Source: a virus. Taken from it: a stretch of DNA of 64,000 nt. The notes beneath the pieces were generated by a model, which was not told the origin of the DNA, did no database searches, and saw only the letters and a program-made list of their open reading frames with translations. The translations under genes and the position numbers were made by a program. Positions 36,814-47,300 of this stretch are shown piece by piece. The stretch is taken from the IMG/VR virus record IMGVR_UViG_3300042389_001027, positions 1-64,000 of that record; one strand, written 5' to 3'. The first letter of the stretch is position 1; each line of letters begins with the position of its first letter.

Positions 36814-37325
36814 ATGACGATACATTTGCCCGTGTAGTTGCGGAAGATGTAAAAAATCGCGCAACACAACCACAAAAGGAATACCTTAAACTTCCTGAAA
36901 ACTGGAGTCGTTGGCAACGTGCACTGTCCACGCTGGAAAACAACCTTAATGACCAACTTGAAGGTATTTATACCTACGAGCAAGAACAGATAAAGACGTT
37001 TCAAACGCTCGGTCAAGATGGCATCAAACTGATTGCGGAAGCAACAGCCGAACACGAAGCACGCCGTAAGAAAATTGAACGCTTCAAGTTTCATGTGACA
37101 AACAGGCTTGATGAAGTTACACGCATGATTGCTGTTGGCGGGGAAGCGATTGACGAACGACTTCATGTTGTGGATTTTTTGCGTCGCGCAATTGAGCAAC
37201 ACAAAGCAATGATGATTTCATACGACCTTGAACCGACCCCAATAGACGGCGCACTATGGGCTGCACTTGACGGACGTTGGGAATTTGACAACCTGTCCGA
37301 GGAAGACATTCTTTCGTTCTCATGA
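36810..37325 (+). CDS. Hypothetical coiled-coil protein
   Basis: ATGA-coupled ORF. Confidence 0.7.
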   Translation: MNDDTFARVVAEDVKNRATQPQKEYLKLPENWSRWQRALSTLENNLNDQLEGIYTYEQEQIKTFQTLGQDGIKLIAEATAEHEARRKKIERFKFHVTNRLDEVTRMIAVGGEAIDERLHVVDFLRRAIEQHKAMMISYDLEPTPIDGALWAALDGRWEFDNLSEEDILSFS

Positions 37326-38485
37326 CACGACAACGCATGTTCCTAGACATCTCGTGTGTTGATGCCGCACGTGAACGTATGCGACACGTATATGACACGT
37401 TTGACACGGTGTGCGTACAATTCTCTGGAGGGAAGGACTCAACTGCTGTTCTGTATCTTGCTAAAGAAATCCATGAAGAACGGAATCTCGGACCAGTAAA
37501 AGTTATTTTTCGTGACGAGGAGATGGTTAGCCCTCTTGTCATTGATTTCATAATGAAAGTACGTGATTACGACTGGGTTGACATGGAGTGGTACTGCCTC
37601 CCCGTTGGGCAGGAGGTCTGGGTGCTTGGGCGCAGAGAGTATTGCTTGCTCTGGTCACCAGAGCGCGCCAAGCGAGACATGCTTGTACGTGAAATGCCAT
37701 CGTTCGCAATTCGTGCAGAGCACTTTGGTATAGACCCATCTCGTCCAATTCCTGAAACGATTGACTTCTACACCATGCAAGGCAAGCGTGGACGGACTGC
37801 TTTTATTACAGGTGTACGCGCTAACGAGTCCATGATTCGCTACAGGTCGTGCGTGCAGAAACTGCATGAGAACTACATCAACATTCCATTCCGAATGAAG
37901 AAGTCAGTTCCCCTCAGGTTCGCAAAGGTTATCTATGACTGGACAACTGATGATGTACTGAAATTCATTACTGAAGAACACGGTGGTGAGTATTGCGAGT
38001 ACTACGACCTTGCCTCTATTACTGGAAGTAATACGCGCGTCGGTATCCCGTTGCATGCCGTAGCCTCCCGCCGAATCGGCGATGTCGTCGCTACCGAACC
38101 TGAGTTCTTTGACCGACTCTATGATTGCTACCCCCATATTGACGCACAGCGCAGATGGTGGAGCGAATTCAACGTGGAAGCGCTTATTGCTCGCTACGTT
38201 GAGGAAGGCTGGGATGGGGTTCGGCAGTGTATTGACGACAACATGCTGACGCCGGGGATGCAGGGTGCTGCAATGAAATTTGCGGGAGAGTTCAGAAAGA
38301 AGCAGGCAACGGACAAGTTTGGCTACCCGCTGGATTCCCTCATTCGCACGCTTTTGTTGAACGAGTTCCAAGTCACCTCTCCCAACCCAGTCGGACCGAA
38401 AACGCGAGCCCACACCTTGAGGACTCTTGCAGCGCAACAAGAACAAGACCAGAACGACCTAGATAGTTTGGATGATTTTAAATGA
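37322..38485 (+). CDS. PAPS-reductase/PP-loop family protein (IbrA/YbdN-like)
   Basis: QFSGGKDS, FRDEE, WYCLP, GVRANES..R, IYDW...DV. Confidence 0.88.
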   Translation: MTRQRMFLDISCVDAARERMRHVYDTFDTVCVQFSGGKDSTAVLYLAKEIHEERNLGPVKVIFRDEEMVSPLVIDFIMKVRDYDWVDMEWYCLPVGQEVWVLGRREYCLLWSPERAKRDMLVREMPSFAIRAEHFGIDPSRPIPETIDFYTMQGKRGRTAFITGVRANESMIRYRSCVQKLHENYINIPFRMKKSVPLRFAKVIYDWTTDDVLKFITEEHGGEYCEYYDLASITGSNTRVGIPLHAVASRRIGDVVATEPEFFDRLYDCYPHIDAQRRWWSEFNVEALIARYVEEGWDGVRQCIDDNMLTPGMQGAAMKFAGEFRKKQATDKFGYPLDSLIRTLLLNEFQVTSPNPVGPKTRAHTLRTLAAQQEQDQNDLDSLDDFK

Positions 38486-39027
38486 ACTACTCAGAAATGC
38501 CAATCAATTCACTAAAGCCTGCACCTTGGCGAGTCAACTATGTCCTGAAGCCAGACATGTTGTTACTGTCTCAGTCAATGAATGATTATGGCTGGCTGCA
38601 ACCAATAGTGGTTCAGAAATCAACCAGCCACATAATTGACGGGTTTCACAGATGGGTTACTGCTCAAAGCGCTGATTTTATCAAAAAACATGGCAAGAGC
38701 GTTCCAGTTATTGTCGTTGACGTTGACAATGTTGACGCAATGATTATGCATATTCGCCTAAATCGTGCGCGAGGTAACATATTTGCTAAGCCTTTCAGTA
38801 AATTAATCAGAACTCTTGTCGTCTCAGATAAGTATGATGCTGATGAAGTTGCAGACATGTTGAACATGTCAGCGGACGAATTTGACCTCATGTTGACGGG
38901 TGGTTTGCTGAAACAACGCAAGATTCCGCAACATCAATACTCAAAAGCGTGGGTTCCTGTAGAGGCACCGAGTAAAGGCGAATTAGATAATCAGGTTATT
39001 GAGCGTCCACCTAATGCTGATAGATGA
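38482..39027 (+). CDS. ParB/Srx-like protein (IbrB/YbdM-like)
   Basis: GWLQPIVV, IIDGFHRW, IRLNRARG, followed by an HTH-like segment. Confidence 0.88.
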   Translation: MNYSEMPINSLKPAPWRVNYVLKPDMLLLSQSMNDYGWLQPIVVQKSTSHIIDGFHRWVTAQSADFIKKHGKSVPVIVVDVDNVDAMIMHIRLNRARGNIFAKPFSKLIRTLVVSDKYDADEVADMLNMSADEFDLMLTGGLLKQRKIPQHQYSKAWVPVEAPSKGELDNQVIERPPNADR

Positions 39028-39086
39028 TTTATCAGGCAAATTAATTGTGGTAATGTTGGTCAGTCTCGCATTTGGAGGACTGGCTA

Positions 39087-39503
39087 ATGCCCACAAGCCT
39101 TACAACAGAAGATGTTGAATTCTTAACTGATGTTGACACCCGTGGCGACGTTGTGCGTCGTGCTCGGTTTATTCGTCGTCCCCGACGAGTCAATGGTCGC
39201 AATGTTCCTGGCAATGCTCGCTATTACCGTCGTCGTCAGCGTGAACTTCTTGCTGGTAGACGCGCAGCACAACGAGCCGAGCGCGGCGGAGCACGGGCTG
39301 CTGCTGCTGGTCGTGCTGCACGGTCTGCTGGGGGGCGCGCCGCTCGTGCCCCACGTGGTGCTGGAGGAGCGGCACCTGCTGGTGGTGAGCGGCGTGCAGG
39401 GTTCTTGACGCGCCTTCGCCGTGGCGTTCGTAACGTTGCTCGGCGAGTAGAGGCAAACCGTCGCAATAGGCGCGAGCGAGCCAATCGTCCGCCAACACGG
39501 TAG
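39087..39503 (+). CDS. Arg/Ala/Gly-rich basic protein (possible DNA-condensing core protein)
   Basis: GGAGG RBS; short acidic N-terminus followed by a very Arg-rich body. Confidence 0.7.
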   Translation: MPTSLTTEDVEFLTDVDTRGDVVRRARFIRRPRRVNGRNVPGNARYYRRRQRELLAGRRAAQRAERGGARAAAAGRAARSAGGRAARAPRGAGGAAPAGGERRAGFLTRLRRGVRNVARRVEANRRNRRERANRPPTR

Positions 39504-39517
39504 GGAGGTAACCAGCC

Positions 39518-40150
39518 ATGCTGGTATCCGCATCTGACCTCTCCAAGTACATGGATATCCGATTTAGTAACCGCCAAGAGGAGGCTGCTGAATTTGTTCT
39601 TGAGGGTCTACAGAGTGAATTAGAGAGTTACTTGCGTCGTCCTGTTGAGCCGACGTTTTTTGAGGAAACTTACGTGCTTGAGTCAAATCACGTAGGCGTT
39701 CCGATGTCGTCGTTTTTCACTAACGAGTCATCTGCGTCAACGGATAGCATCAGTATGGTTTCATACATGCAACCCCCTCAAACCGTGTATTTGCGTAATT
39801 CTCCTGTCGTTGAGGTGGACGAAGTGACTCTCAAGCAGCAGGGGGCAGCGACTGCTACAACCTTGACTGAAGGCGTTGATTACGTAGTTCGCCGATACGG
39901 AATAGATTTATTTCGTGGGTTCGCTAATGACATTATTGGCGTTTCCTATACCGCAGGTCTGGCAGGCGATGGCATCAAAGTCTTCCGCCTAATGATTTTG
40001 CGTGCCGCAACTCGCGAGATGCAGAATATGCACGACGATGTTGTTGGTATTAAGGACTTGGAAACACGGAACGTGGCGCCTCTTGAAACGGGCTTCCTTG
40101 AAAAAGAGTTGCTTGCAGTGAAGCGTTGGCGCAGGAGCCGTGTCGCTTGA
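39518..40150 (+). CDS. Head-tail adaptor/connector
   Basis: LESYLRRP, YTAG, ends RWRRSRVA; position before the neck genes. Confidence 0.75.
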   Translation: MLVSASDLSKYMDIRFSNRQEEAAEFVLEGLQSELESYLRRPVEPTFFEETYVLESNHVGVPMSSFFTNESSASTDSISMVSYMQPPQTVYLRNSPVVEVDEVTLKQQGAATATTLTEGVDYVVRRYGIDLFRGFANDIIGVSYTAGLAGDGIKVFRLMILRAATREMQNMHDDVVGIKDLETRNVAPLETGFLEKELLAVKRWRRSRVA

Positions 40151-40602
40151 TTCGTATAAAGATTGACTGCGATGCCGACGATGCGATTGAATATCTAGAT
40201 GGCATGATTGCTAGAAGTCAGGATTTTGGTGTCGTGTTCCAATGGGCAAAACGCTATCTAGCAAGGGCAAATGCGGAAAACTTTGCCACTAGCGGTCTAC
40301 CTGTCGGTGGATGGTCTCCTCTCGCTGCTCGCTACTCGGCATGGAAGGCAACGCGCTTTCCTGGCATGCCAATCATGCAACAAACTGAAAAATTATTCCG
40401 TGACTTGACAAGCCTTAATGGTTCGCCAAATGAGATAAATGCAACAAGCGCAACCTTCGGCACGCGCATTGAATATGCTAAATTTCATCAGTACGGCACA
40501 ACGAGAATGCCTAAACGTCAGATTGTTTTTGAGCCACCTATGTTCGCGAAAGAACTTGCAGACGAGGCAGCAAAACATGTTGTTGGCGCGAGGAGGTCTT
40601 AA
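40147..40602 (+). CDS. Virion morphogenesis/tail completion protein (Mu gpG-like)
   Basis: WSPL, FGT.IEYAKFHQYGT.RMPKR. Confidence 0.8.
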   Translation: MIRIKIDCDADDAIEYLDGMIARSQDFGVVFQWAKRYLARANAENFATSGLPVGGWSPLAARYSAWKATRFPGMPIMQQTEKLFRDLTSLNGSPNEINATSATFGTRIEYAKFHQYGTTRMPKRQIVFEPPMFAKELADEAAKHVVGARRS

Positions 40603-41198
40603 TGCCCACTGAACCAGATGTGGTGATGTTTGGCGCACATTTTGCCAAAAAAGTCGTCAATGATTATCTTGAATACGACATCCCGACGCGCCTCACAAGG
40701 TACAGGAACGCGTGGAATGTTGACGACTACACGTTGCCAGACCCACAAAAGTACTTGGTTTACGAACCAATCGCCCTTGACCACTGGCCGACGTTGATTA
40801 CTGTGGTCATTTCCACGAACTCATTTGACAGACTCATGAACTATGGCGCAGGAGACCCTTTGTATAGGGTTTCCTACTCAATGCGTACTTATATTTGGGC
40901 AAAGACCGAGGGTTCCGAAGAAGTTACGCTGATGCGTGACAGGCTTTCAACGGTCGTTCGTTCGTCGTTATTGGACTCGCCCTGCATGAAGGGCATCAAT
41001 GACCCGATTGTGGATGTCATGCTGGATGAAAGCACTGTGCGTGAAGAGTTTTCAGACTTGACGCTGATTAAAGGTGACCGTGTGCTCGCAGGAGCATATG
41101 TGGGGTATGATTTGTATCTAAACGAACTTATTTATCGGCAACCAATTGGTGGGATAAATGCAATTGATGCTGAGTTTTACAACATGCGAGGAACATGA
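40602..41198 (+). CDS. Putative tail terminator/neck protein
   Basis: Position and size between the neck genes and the sheath. Confidence 0.55.
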   Translation: MPTEPDVVMFGAHFAKKVVNDYLEYDIPTRLTRYRNAWNVDDYTLPDPQKYLVYEPIALDHWPTLITVVISTNSFDRLMNYGAGDPLYRVSYSMRTYIWAKTEGSEEVTLMRDRLSTVVRSSLLDSPCMKGINDPIVDVMLDESTVREEFSDLTLIKGDRVLAGAYVGYDLYLNELIYRQPIGGINAIDAEFYNMRGT

Positions 41199-41524
41199 TG
41201 TCTGAAAAAAAAGTGTGGAACGCAAAAGAACATCCCATTATTTGTGATGCCAATGGAACTTACATCAAACCCAAGAAAAGCCTCTGGGTTGCCGACAATA
41301 CAGTCCTTGAAGGTCTAGTTAATCAGGGATTTGTTGTCATTTTGGATGAACGCCAAGAGGAACTAGCGGCGGCACCAAAGGCACGCACGACCCGCTCAAA
41401 GAAAATTACGGAGGAAACTCCTGAACAAGAGCAAGAAGTTGAAGTACAATTACCAGAAGAGTCTAGTGGTGAAGTTATTGACGAGGTTGCAACCGAATCA
41501 ATACTTACTGAAGACGAGCAATGA
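41195..41524 (+). CDS. Hypothetical protein with acidic tail
   Basis: ATGA-coupled ORF. Confidence 0.6.
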   Translation: MMSEKKVWNAKEHPIICDANGTYIKPKKSLWVADNTVLEGLVNQGFVVILDERQEELAAAPKARTTRSKKITEETPEQEQEVEVQLPEESSGEVIDEVATESILTEDEQ

Positions 41525-41584
41525 TTTAGGTATACTCGCTGAGGATATCTAATTCAAGGTTTCAATTAGCACGGAGGATGGCGA

Positions 41585-43087
41585 ATGCCCGGTGTACAGA
41601 TTACAACCGCAGTACGTACAGGACCAGCAGTAACTGGAGTTGCGCCAGATTCAACATTCTTTGTTGTAGGTGAAACTGAGCGTGGAAAGCAGAATAACGC
41701 TGTCCTCGTTACCAGTCTTGATGAATACATCACTGAATTTGGTGGCTACGAAGCAGATAAGCACACCTATAACGCTGTGCGCATCTTCTTTGAAGAAGGT
41801 GGCGCAAACTGCTACGTCTCGCGTGCAGCAATGACCACGTGGGGTACTGCGACTGTCCTCGTTGAGGATGCAACCGAATCAACCGAAGGAATCACTGTCT
41901 CTGCTGCTGGAAGTGGCGAGTGGGGCAATGATGTTCAGGTAGTTGTTTCGTCTGGTTCTGGCGTCTTCAGCATTGAGGTTCAGTACGGTGCAGAAAACAC
42001 CGTTGTTGCCAGCAATTCAAACCTGACCACAATTGCTGAAGCGATTGAATGGTTTGAGAACAGCACCGCCGCAAAACGTTACGTTCAGGTGGCACTTGCC
42101 GCAGGAACCGACGACACCAATGCTCTTAGTGCAGGCACCTACCCGTTAAGTGGTGGAAGTGAGGCTGCAGCAGTCGCTGTTGCTGGAATTACTTCCGCTC
42201 TTGCTGCATTCACCGAAGAACTCGGTGGTGGGTGTGTTGCCGCACCAGGTTTTGCAACTGGTAGCGACACAAGCCTTTACGACGCACTAAAGACACATGC
42301 TGTCACGCAGAACCGTATTGCGTTGCTTTCTTTCGCAAAAGGCGCAAGCAAGAACGATGCTGTTTCAAACTCTGAATCATACGGAGCGTCAGACGACACT
42401 GGACACGAAAATGTTGCCATGTTCTTCCCATGGGTAACTTTCCCATCGGGTACTGGCGTCACACTCAGTGCATCCCCAGAAGCCTACGTCGCTGCGGTGC
42501 GCTCCAAGACCCATAACTCAACGGGTCCATGGAAGGCATACGCTGGCGTTGATTCAAACGCACGTTTCGTCACTGGTGTTGCTACGGCACTAAGTAAGAG
42601 CGATGGCGACGAACTTGACGCTGCTCGTGTCAACCCAGTTCGCATCATCTCTAATGATGTACGAATCTACGGAGCACGTTCACATGCTGGAACCGCCGCT
42701 GCCACGAGCGATGCTCGCGAATCGCAATGGCGCTTCATCACTGCTCGCGAAACAATCAACTACGTGGTTAATCAGGCGAACATCGCACTTGAGCCGCTCG
42801 TATTCTCAACAATTGACGGTCGCAAGACAATCTATGCCGACATCACTGCCGCATTGCAGTCAGTTCTTGAGCCAGTACGTATCGCTGGAGGTCTGTACGA
42901 AGGGTTTTCGCCAACTGGCAAGCGCCTTGACTACGGATACACCATCAAGGTTGACGACACCCTGAACCCCGCAAGCCAACTGGAAAGTGGTCTTGTTAAG
43001 GCTCAGGTTGGCATACGTGTCTCCAGTATCGGCGACAAGATTAACGTCAACATCATCAAGTCAAACCTGACAACTGCTCTGGTATAA
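41585..43087 (+). CDS. Contractile tail sheath protein
   Basis: MPGVQI, FFEEGG..CYVSR, GEWGN, FPWV, VNPVR, IYGARS. Confidence 0.93.
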   Translation: MPGVQITTAVRTGPAVTGVAPDSTFFVVGETERGKQNNAVLVTSLDEYITEFGGYEADKHTYNAVRIFFEEGGANCYVSRAAMTTWGTATVLVEDATESTEGITVSAAGSGEWGNDVQVVVSSGSGVFSIEVQYGAENTVVASNSNLTTIAEAIEWFENSTAAKRYVQVALAAGTDDTNALSAGTYPLSGGSEAAAVAVAGITSALAAFTEELGGGCVAAPGFATGSDTSLYDALKTHAVTQNRIALLSFAKGASKNDAVSNSESYGASDDTGHENVAMFFPWVTFPSGTGVTLSASPEAYVAAVRSKTHNSTGPWKAYAGVDSNARFVTGVATALSKSDGDELDAARVNPVRIISNDVRIYGARSHAGTAAATSDARESQWRFITARETINYVVNQANIALEPLVFSTIDGRKTIYADITAALQSVLEPVRIAGGLYEGFSPTGKRLDYGYTIKVDDTLNPASQLESGLVKAQVGIRVSSIGDKINVNIIKSNLTTALV

Positions 43088-43097
43088 CGGAGGAACA

Positions 43098-43565
43098 ATG
43101 CCTGATTCAATGCGTAAACTCGCAGCACAACGCCAGATTGTGGCGAAGATTGCCCCTAGTGTTCCCAACACTGGGCAACTTTTCCCCGACTACTTTACGC
43201 AGGTATCGGGCGGAGAAATCTCTGCCTCTGTGGAAAAGGTCTATCACGGCAAGTCGCTGTTCCCCGAGACACTTTGTGCTCCAGCGGAAATTGGTGACAT
43301 CACCGTAACTGGCTATGTCTCGTACGACAGTACGTTCCTTGCCAAACTGCAGGATTTGCGTCAACTTGTTGGTCGTATCTATTACGATATTACTGTTCAA
43401 GTATTTGACTGTGACCTAAATGTCCCTGGTGCTGACCGTTTCTATTCCAAGGCTCTCCTTGTGGGTTTGAGCGAAGGCGAAGGTGACGCCTCTTCGGGCA
43501 CCCCAGCGACATTCGCGCTTACGTTCAGTATCTCCACCGTTTCTGTCCCCGCAACTACTGCGTGA
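43098..43565 (+). CDS. Tail tube protein
   Basis: 155 aa directly after the sheath; F..VSGG and DASSG motifs. Confidence 0.8.
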   Translation: MPDSMRKLAAQRQIVAKIAPSVPNTGQLFPDYFTQVSGGEISASVEKVYHGKSLFPETLCAPAEIGDITVTGYVSYDSTFLAKLQDLRQLVGRIYYDITVQVFDCDLNVPGADRFYSKALLVGLSEGEGDASSGTPATFALTFSISTVSVPATTA

Positions 43566-43618
43566 TTTTCATAGCGAGTTACACACACTCGTAACCATCA
43601 TCGTGCTAGTCTCGCTGC

Positions 43619-44134
43619 ATGGAAGAAACCTCATACAACCTCGTTAGCAATCTGTCGGACGACTCTGCTTCTGACCCGTCAAACAACGTGCTGTCTGCGT
43701 TGAAGGCTGTCATTAGCAAGAGTGTTAAACGACCAGATGTATTCATTGAAGTTCCAGAGCGACAGGGTGTAACCATCCGTGTCTCGCCGAACATCACGCA
43801 GAATCAGTTGAAGGCATGGCGCAAGAACGCTGGTGATGAAACCAAGGCGGGCATGGATACCGTCAAGTTTGCTTGTGCCGTTATTGGTCACTGCACTACT
43901 GGTATCAGTATGAATGGTGAAATCGTCACTGATGACAGCGGAATCGTGTTGACGTTCGCGTCACCTGAGATTTTGGCTATGACCAACACTCAGCGTCCAC
44001 TGCCAGATTGCGTAAAAGCATTTTTTGGTATTGAACCACACATTGAGGCTGCTGCTGTCGCCATTATGGAAGCGGCAGGATACGGGGATACGGTGGAAAC
44101 CGAGGACCCTACGAAGACGTCCTCTACGAACTAG
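43619..44134 (+). CDS. Tail assembly chaperone (gpG-like)
   Basis: Lies between tube and tape measure; ends EDPTKTSSTN. Confidence 0.8.
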   Translation: MEETSYNLVSNLSDDSASDPSNNVLSALKAVISKSVKRPDVFIEVPERQGVTIRVSPNITQNQLKAWRKNAGDETKAGMDTVKFACAVIGHCTTGISMNGEIVTDDSGIVLTFASPEILAMTNTQRPLPDCVKAFFGIEPHIEAAAVAIMEAAGYGDTVETEDPTKTSSTN

Positions 44135-44313
44135 AAGAGGACGTCCGCGTCATCAATGCGGCTCGCCTAGGTGAGTTGTTCGGTACAGACCCAATTGCCT
44201 TGCTAAACTGCTCTGAGGAAGAGTGGTTGATTAGATTCGCCTGTGCTAAAGTTATAGAGAAAGACCGTGAGCGACAGGCTAAAGAGTCTGAAAGAACTCG
44301 GGGTAAATTCTAA
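44110..44313 (+). CDS. -1 frameshift extension of the tail assembly chaperone (gpGT-like)
   Basis: The -1 frame YEDVLYELEEDVRVINAARLGELFGTDP...GKF* overlaps the chaperone end, has no ATG and fills the gap to the tape measure gene. Confidence 0.7.
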   Translation, partial: YEDVLYELEEDVRVINAARLGELFGTDPIALLNCSEEEWLIRFACAKVIEKDRERQAKESERTRGKF

Positions 44314-44337
44314 GCAGTTTTCTCTTTTGGGGTTCGC

Positions 44338-47300
44338 ATGGCTGAGCAAGTCACCATTAAAATTAATATAAAGGCTGACACTGCTGTAATAGAACGTGTC
44401 AGGGCTCAACTTAAATCCCTTTGTCGTGAAGCAGATGACTGTAGCGATACTTTTGATAAGTATTCTAAGAAACTTAATGAGACCAGTAGGTCTCAGAAAA
44501 AACTCACACAAACTACTGATGAGAACTCTTCAGCGATAAAACGGCTTTCTGGCGCTACCCGTCGGGCAGGGAACGACGGCGGCAAGTTCGGCAAGAGCAT
44601 GGGGATGCTGTCCAAGATTGCATCAGGTTTTGGGAAAATCCTCATGGGAGTGATTAAGTTCGGGATTAAATATCTTGCTATTGAATTGGCTCTTGCGGCA
44701 GCAGTCATTGCTTCGTCCGTACTTTGGTTCAAAACCGCCAGCATCGCCGCAAAAGGCTATCAAATGGCTGTTGCAGGCGCTGGCTACGCATTAACAGCGC
44801 TTGCTGCGGCTGGGTCGGCATTTCTTGCAGCACAGGAACAGTTTGCCTCCGTTCAGTTTGCCCCCATGTTCACCGAAGGATTAGTGAACAGTACCGACAA
44901 GTTTGAATCAGCAAGTCTTGCAATGAAGTCATTTGTCAACGATTCCTCAATGGCAGTTTTTGGCACCAAAGCATTATCGGGTGCGTTTGCTGAAATGGCA
45001 AAAAACTTGGACGGTCAGAAACTTGGTGAAGCCACCGCAGCCATGAGGCAAATGGGGAATGTTGCCGCTGGAATGGGTGGGGATATCAGCAAGAACTTTG
45101 GCGACGTATCTGGATTCGTCACCTCCTTCATGAAGGAAGGAAAACTCACAGACAAAGTCAAGAAACAAGGAGAAGAACTCAGTCCAATATTTAAAAAAGT
45201 CATGGAAGAGCAAATCAAGGCTGGCAACACGACCTACGAGAAGTTCATGGCGACGGTTGGAGAAAACCAGACATTCAAGGACGCGTACGGCGGGCAATTA
45301 AGTGCTCTCAATGACACCGTCATAGGTCGCTTCAAGGCTGCTATCACGGATATCAAGAAGAGTTTTACATCTATGGGTGCGCCAATGCTCGGTCCGCTCA
45401 CTAAGGCTATCGGTAAAATTAAAAATCTTATTTTGGCACTTTTGATTCGTGTCCGTGGAAGTGTTGAGGAGGTTGGTTCAGGAAGCCTTCTTGATGGATT
45501 AGTTAAAGGCATAGAAAAACTAACTCTTCTTATGGGTCGGATGATGACATCTGACCTAGGTAAGGCTGGGGATGCTGTTGACAAGATTAAAAACGGATGG
45601 AAGTCAGTTCTTAGGGTTTTTGAAAGAATTTCTGACTATTTGCGTCCGTTGCAGGAAGCAGCAAGGGTTCTCTTTGATGCCCTGAAACCAATCTTTAGTG
45701 CTCTGTTCGGAAACCTTGATAGTTCAATTAAGGGCTTATCGGACACCTTAGTGAAAAACAAAGACAGGTTTATTGAGTTCACCACGTCTATCGGTAACTT
45801 CATTAAGCAGTTCGGCGCATTTGGCATGATGCTAAAAGATGCTTTTGTGTCTGCCATGCCGATATTTTCTAAAATTCTAGATATTTTTTCGTTAGTACTG
45901 AAGGCTGTTACTGGAATCGGCAAAGCCATCACAGCACTTACTGGTCCTTTGGGTTCCTTCGCCATGATTGTCGGTGGCATTTTTGGTGCAAAAATGTTGA
46001 AAGGCGCTGGAGGACTTAAAGGTCTTTTGACTGGCAAGGGTGGCGGCAAAGGAGTGATGGGGGCAGTCGGTGGCGCAGTCGGAACCAATACGGCAACGAT
46101 GAATGTTAATGCTGGTGTTGTGAATGTTATGGGAGGTGCTGCAGGAGCAGCAGGTGGCGTTTTAGACGCCGCTACTGGCGGAGGCAAAGGTAAGGCTGGC
46201 AGGTTTGGCAAAATAGGGGCAAAGTTCAGCAAAATTGGTACCGCTATTAAAGGTGCGAGCAAGTTGAAAGTTGCTGGCGGTGCCGCCGTATTGGCTGCTG
46301 GCGCTTATGGGGCTAACAAAATTGGCGAGTTTGCAGGTAGTAAATTTAAAGACGACTCAATCGCATCAAAGTCTGGCGGAGCGCTTACTGGTGCAGCAGG
46401 CGGAGCGGCGATTGGTGCAGCGGTCGGGTCAGTAGTGCCAGTCGTTGGTACTGCTATGGGCGCTGTTGTTGGGGGAATTATTGGCGGTGTCAGCGGCTGG
46501 TTCTCGGCAGGAAAGAATAAGAAAAAAGCCAACGAAGCAGCAAAGAATATGGTTGCTTCTTACACGAGTGCAGTGGACGAGGCTTTCGCTAACGGTGATG
46601 TTGAGGGTCTATTAGCGTTGAAAGCAGGGATGATAGACGAAATCGCGGCTTCTGCTGCTGGAGATATAGATGTCTACAACAAGAAAATTGCAGAACTACA
46701 ACCCGAACTTGACAAAATCAATAAGCGCATAGACACGTTCGCTTCAAACGCCGAGCAAATGGGCAAATATCTTGATATTGATGGCGACAAGATGAACGAA
46801 CTGACCGAAAAGTTTGGTTTCCAATTCCAAACTCGCTTCATTAGCATTTTTGAAGTTATCGGTAGGGCAGGCGAAGAACTCGGCATTGACCTCGCCACGT
46901 TCTTTAAGGATGTCCTTGGGGAAATTCATCAGGTACAAAACTCTATGATTTTGGATTTAATGGATAGCCCAGCAAAAATTGCTGAACTTGGCAAGGAACT
47001 TGATGCTTCGCAAGCCGCTTATATGAGTGGCGATACCACTGACGAAGCAAAAGACAAACTCATTAAAGACCAATATGCGTACGCCCTAGAACAAACTGGT
47101 GGCGATGCGATGAAGGCTCTCGCCCTTACCGAGAGTAGATTCCGTGAAGGGAATGCAGTGGGGGGTGCCTTTGAGGGCAAGGGTATGGCGCTCATTGAGC
47201 GTATGGGTGCGGGCGGAATGGGTCTACTTGGTGACAGTACGGAAAGTAAACAGAATCTAGTAAATATTGCTAGAGAATCTGGTTCGGTAACTCTTGGCGC

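Noticed and set aside
14090-43585. AGTT[AG]C[AG] upstream of -10 boxes (~14095 minus, ~30600 minus, ~43577 plus) as a late-promoter element
   Set aside because: Only three instances with variable spacing (21-23 nt), and it is missing before the sheath and fibre genes; too weak without motif statistics.
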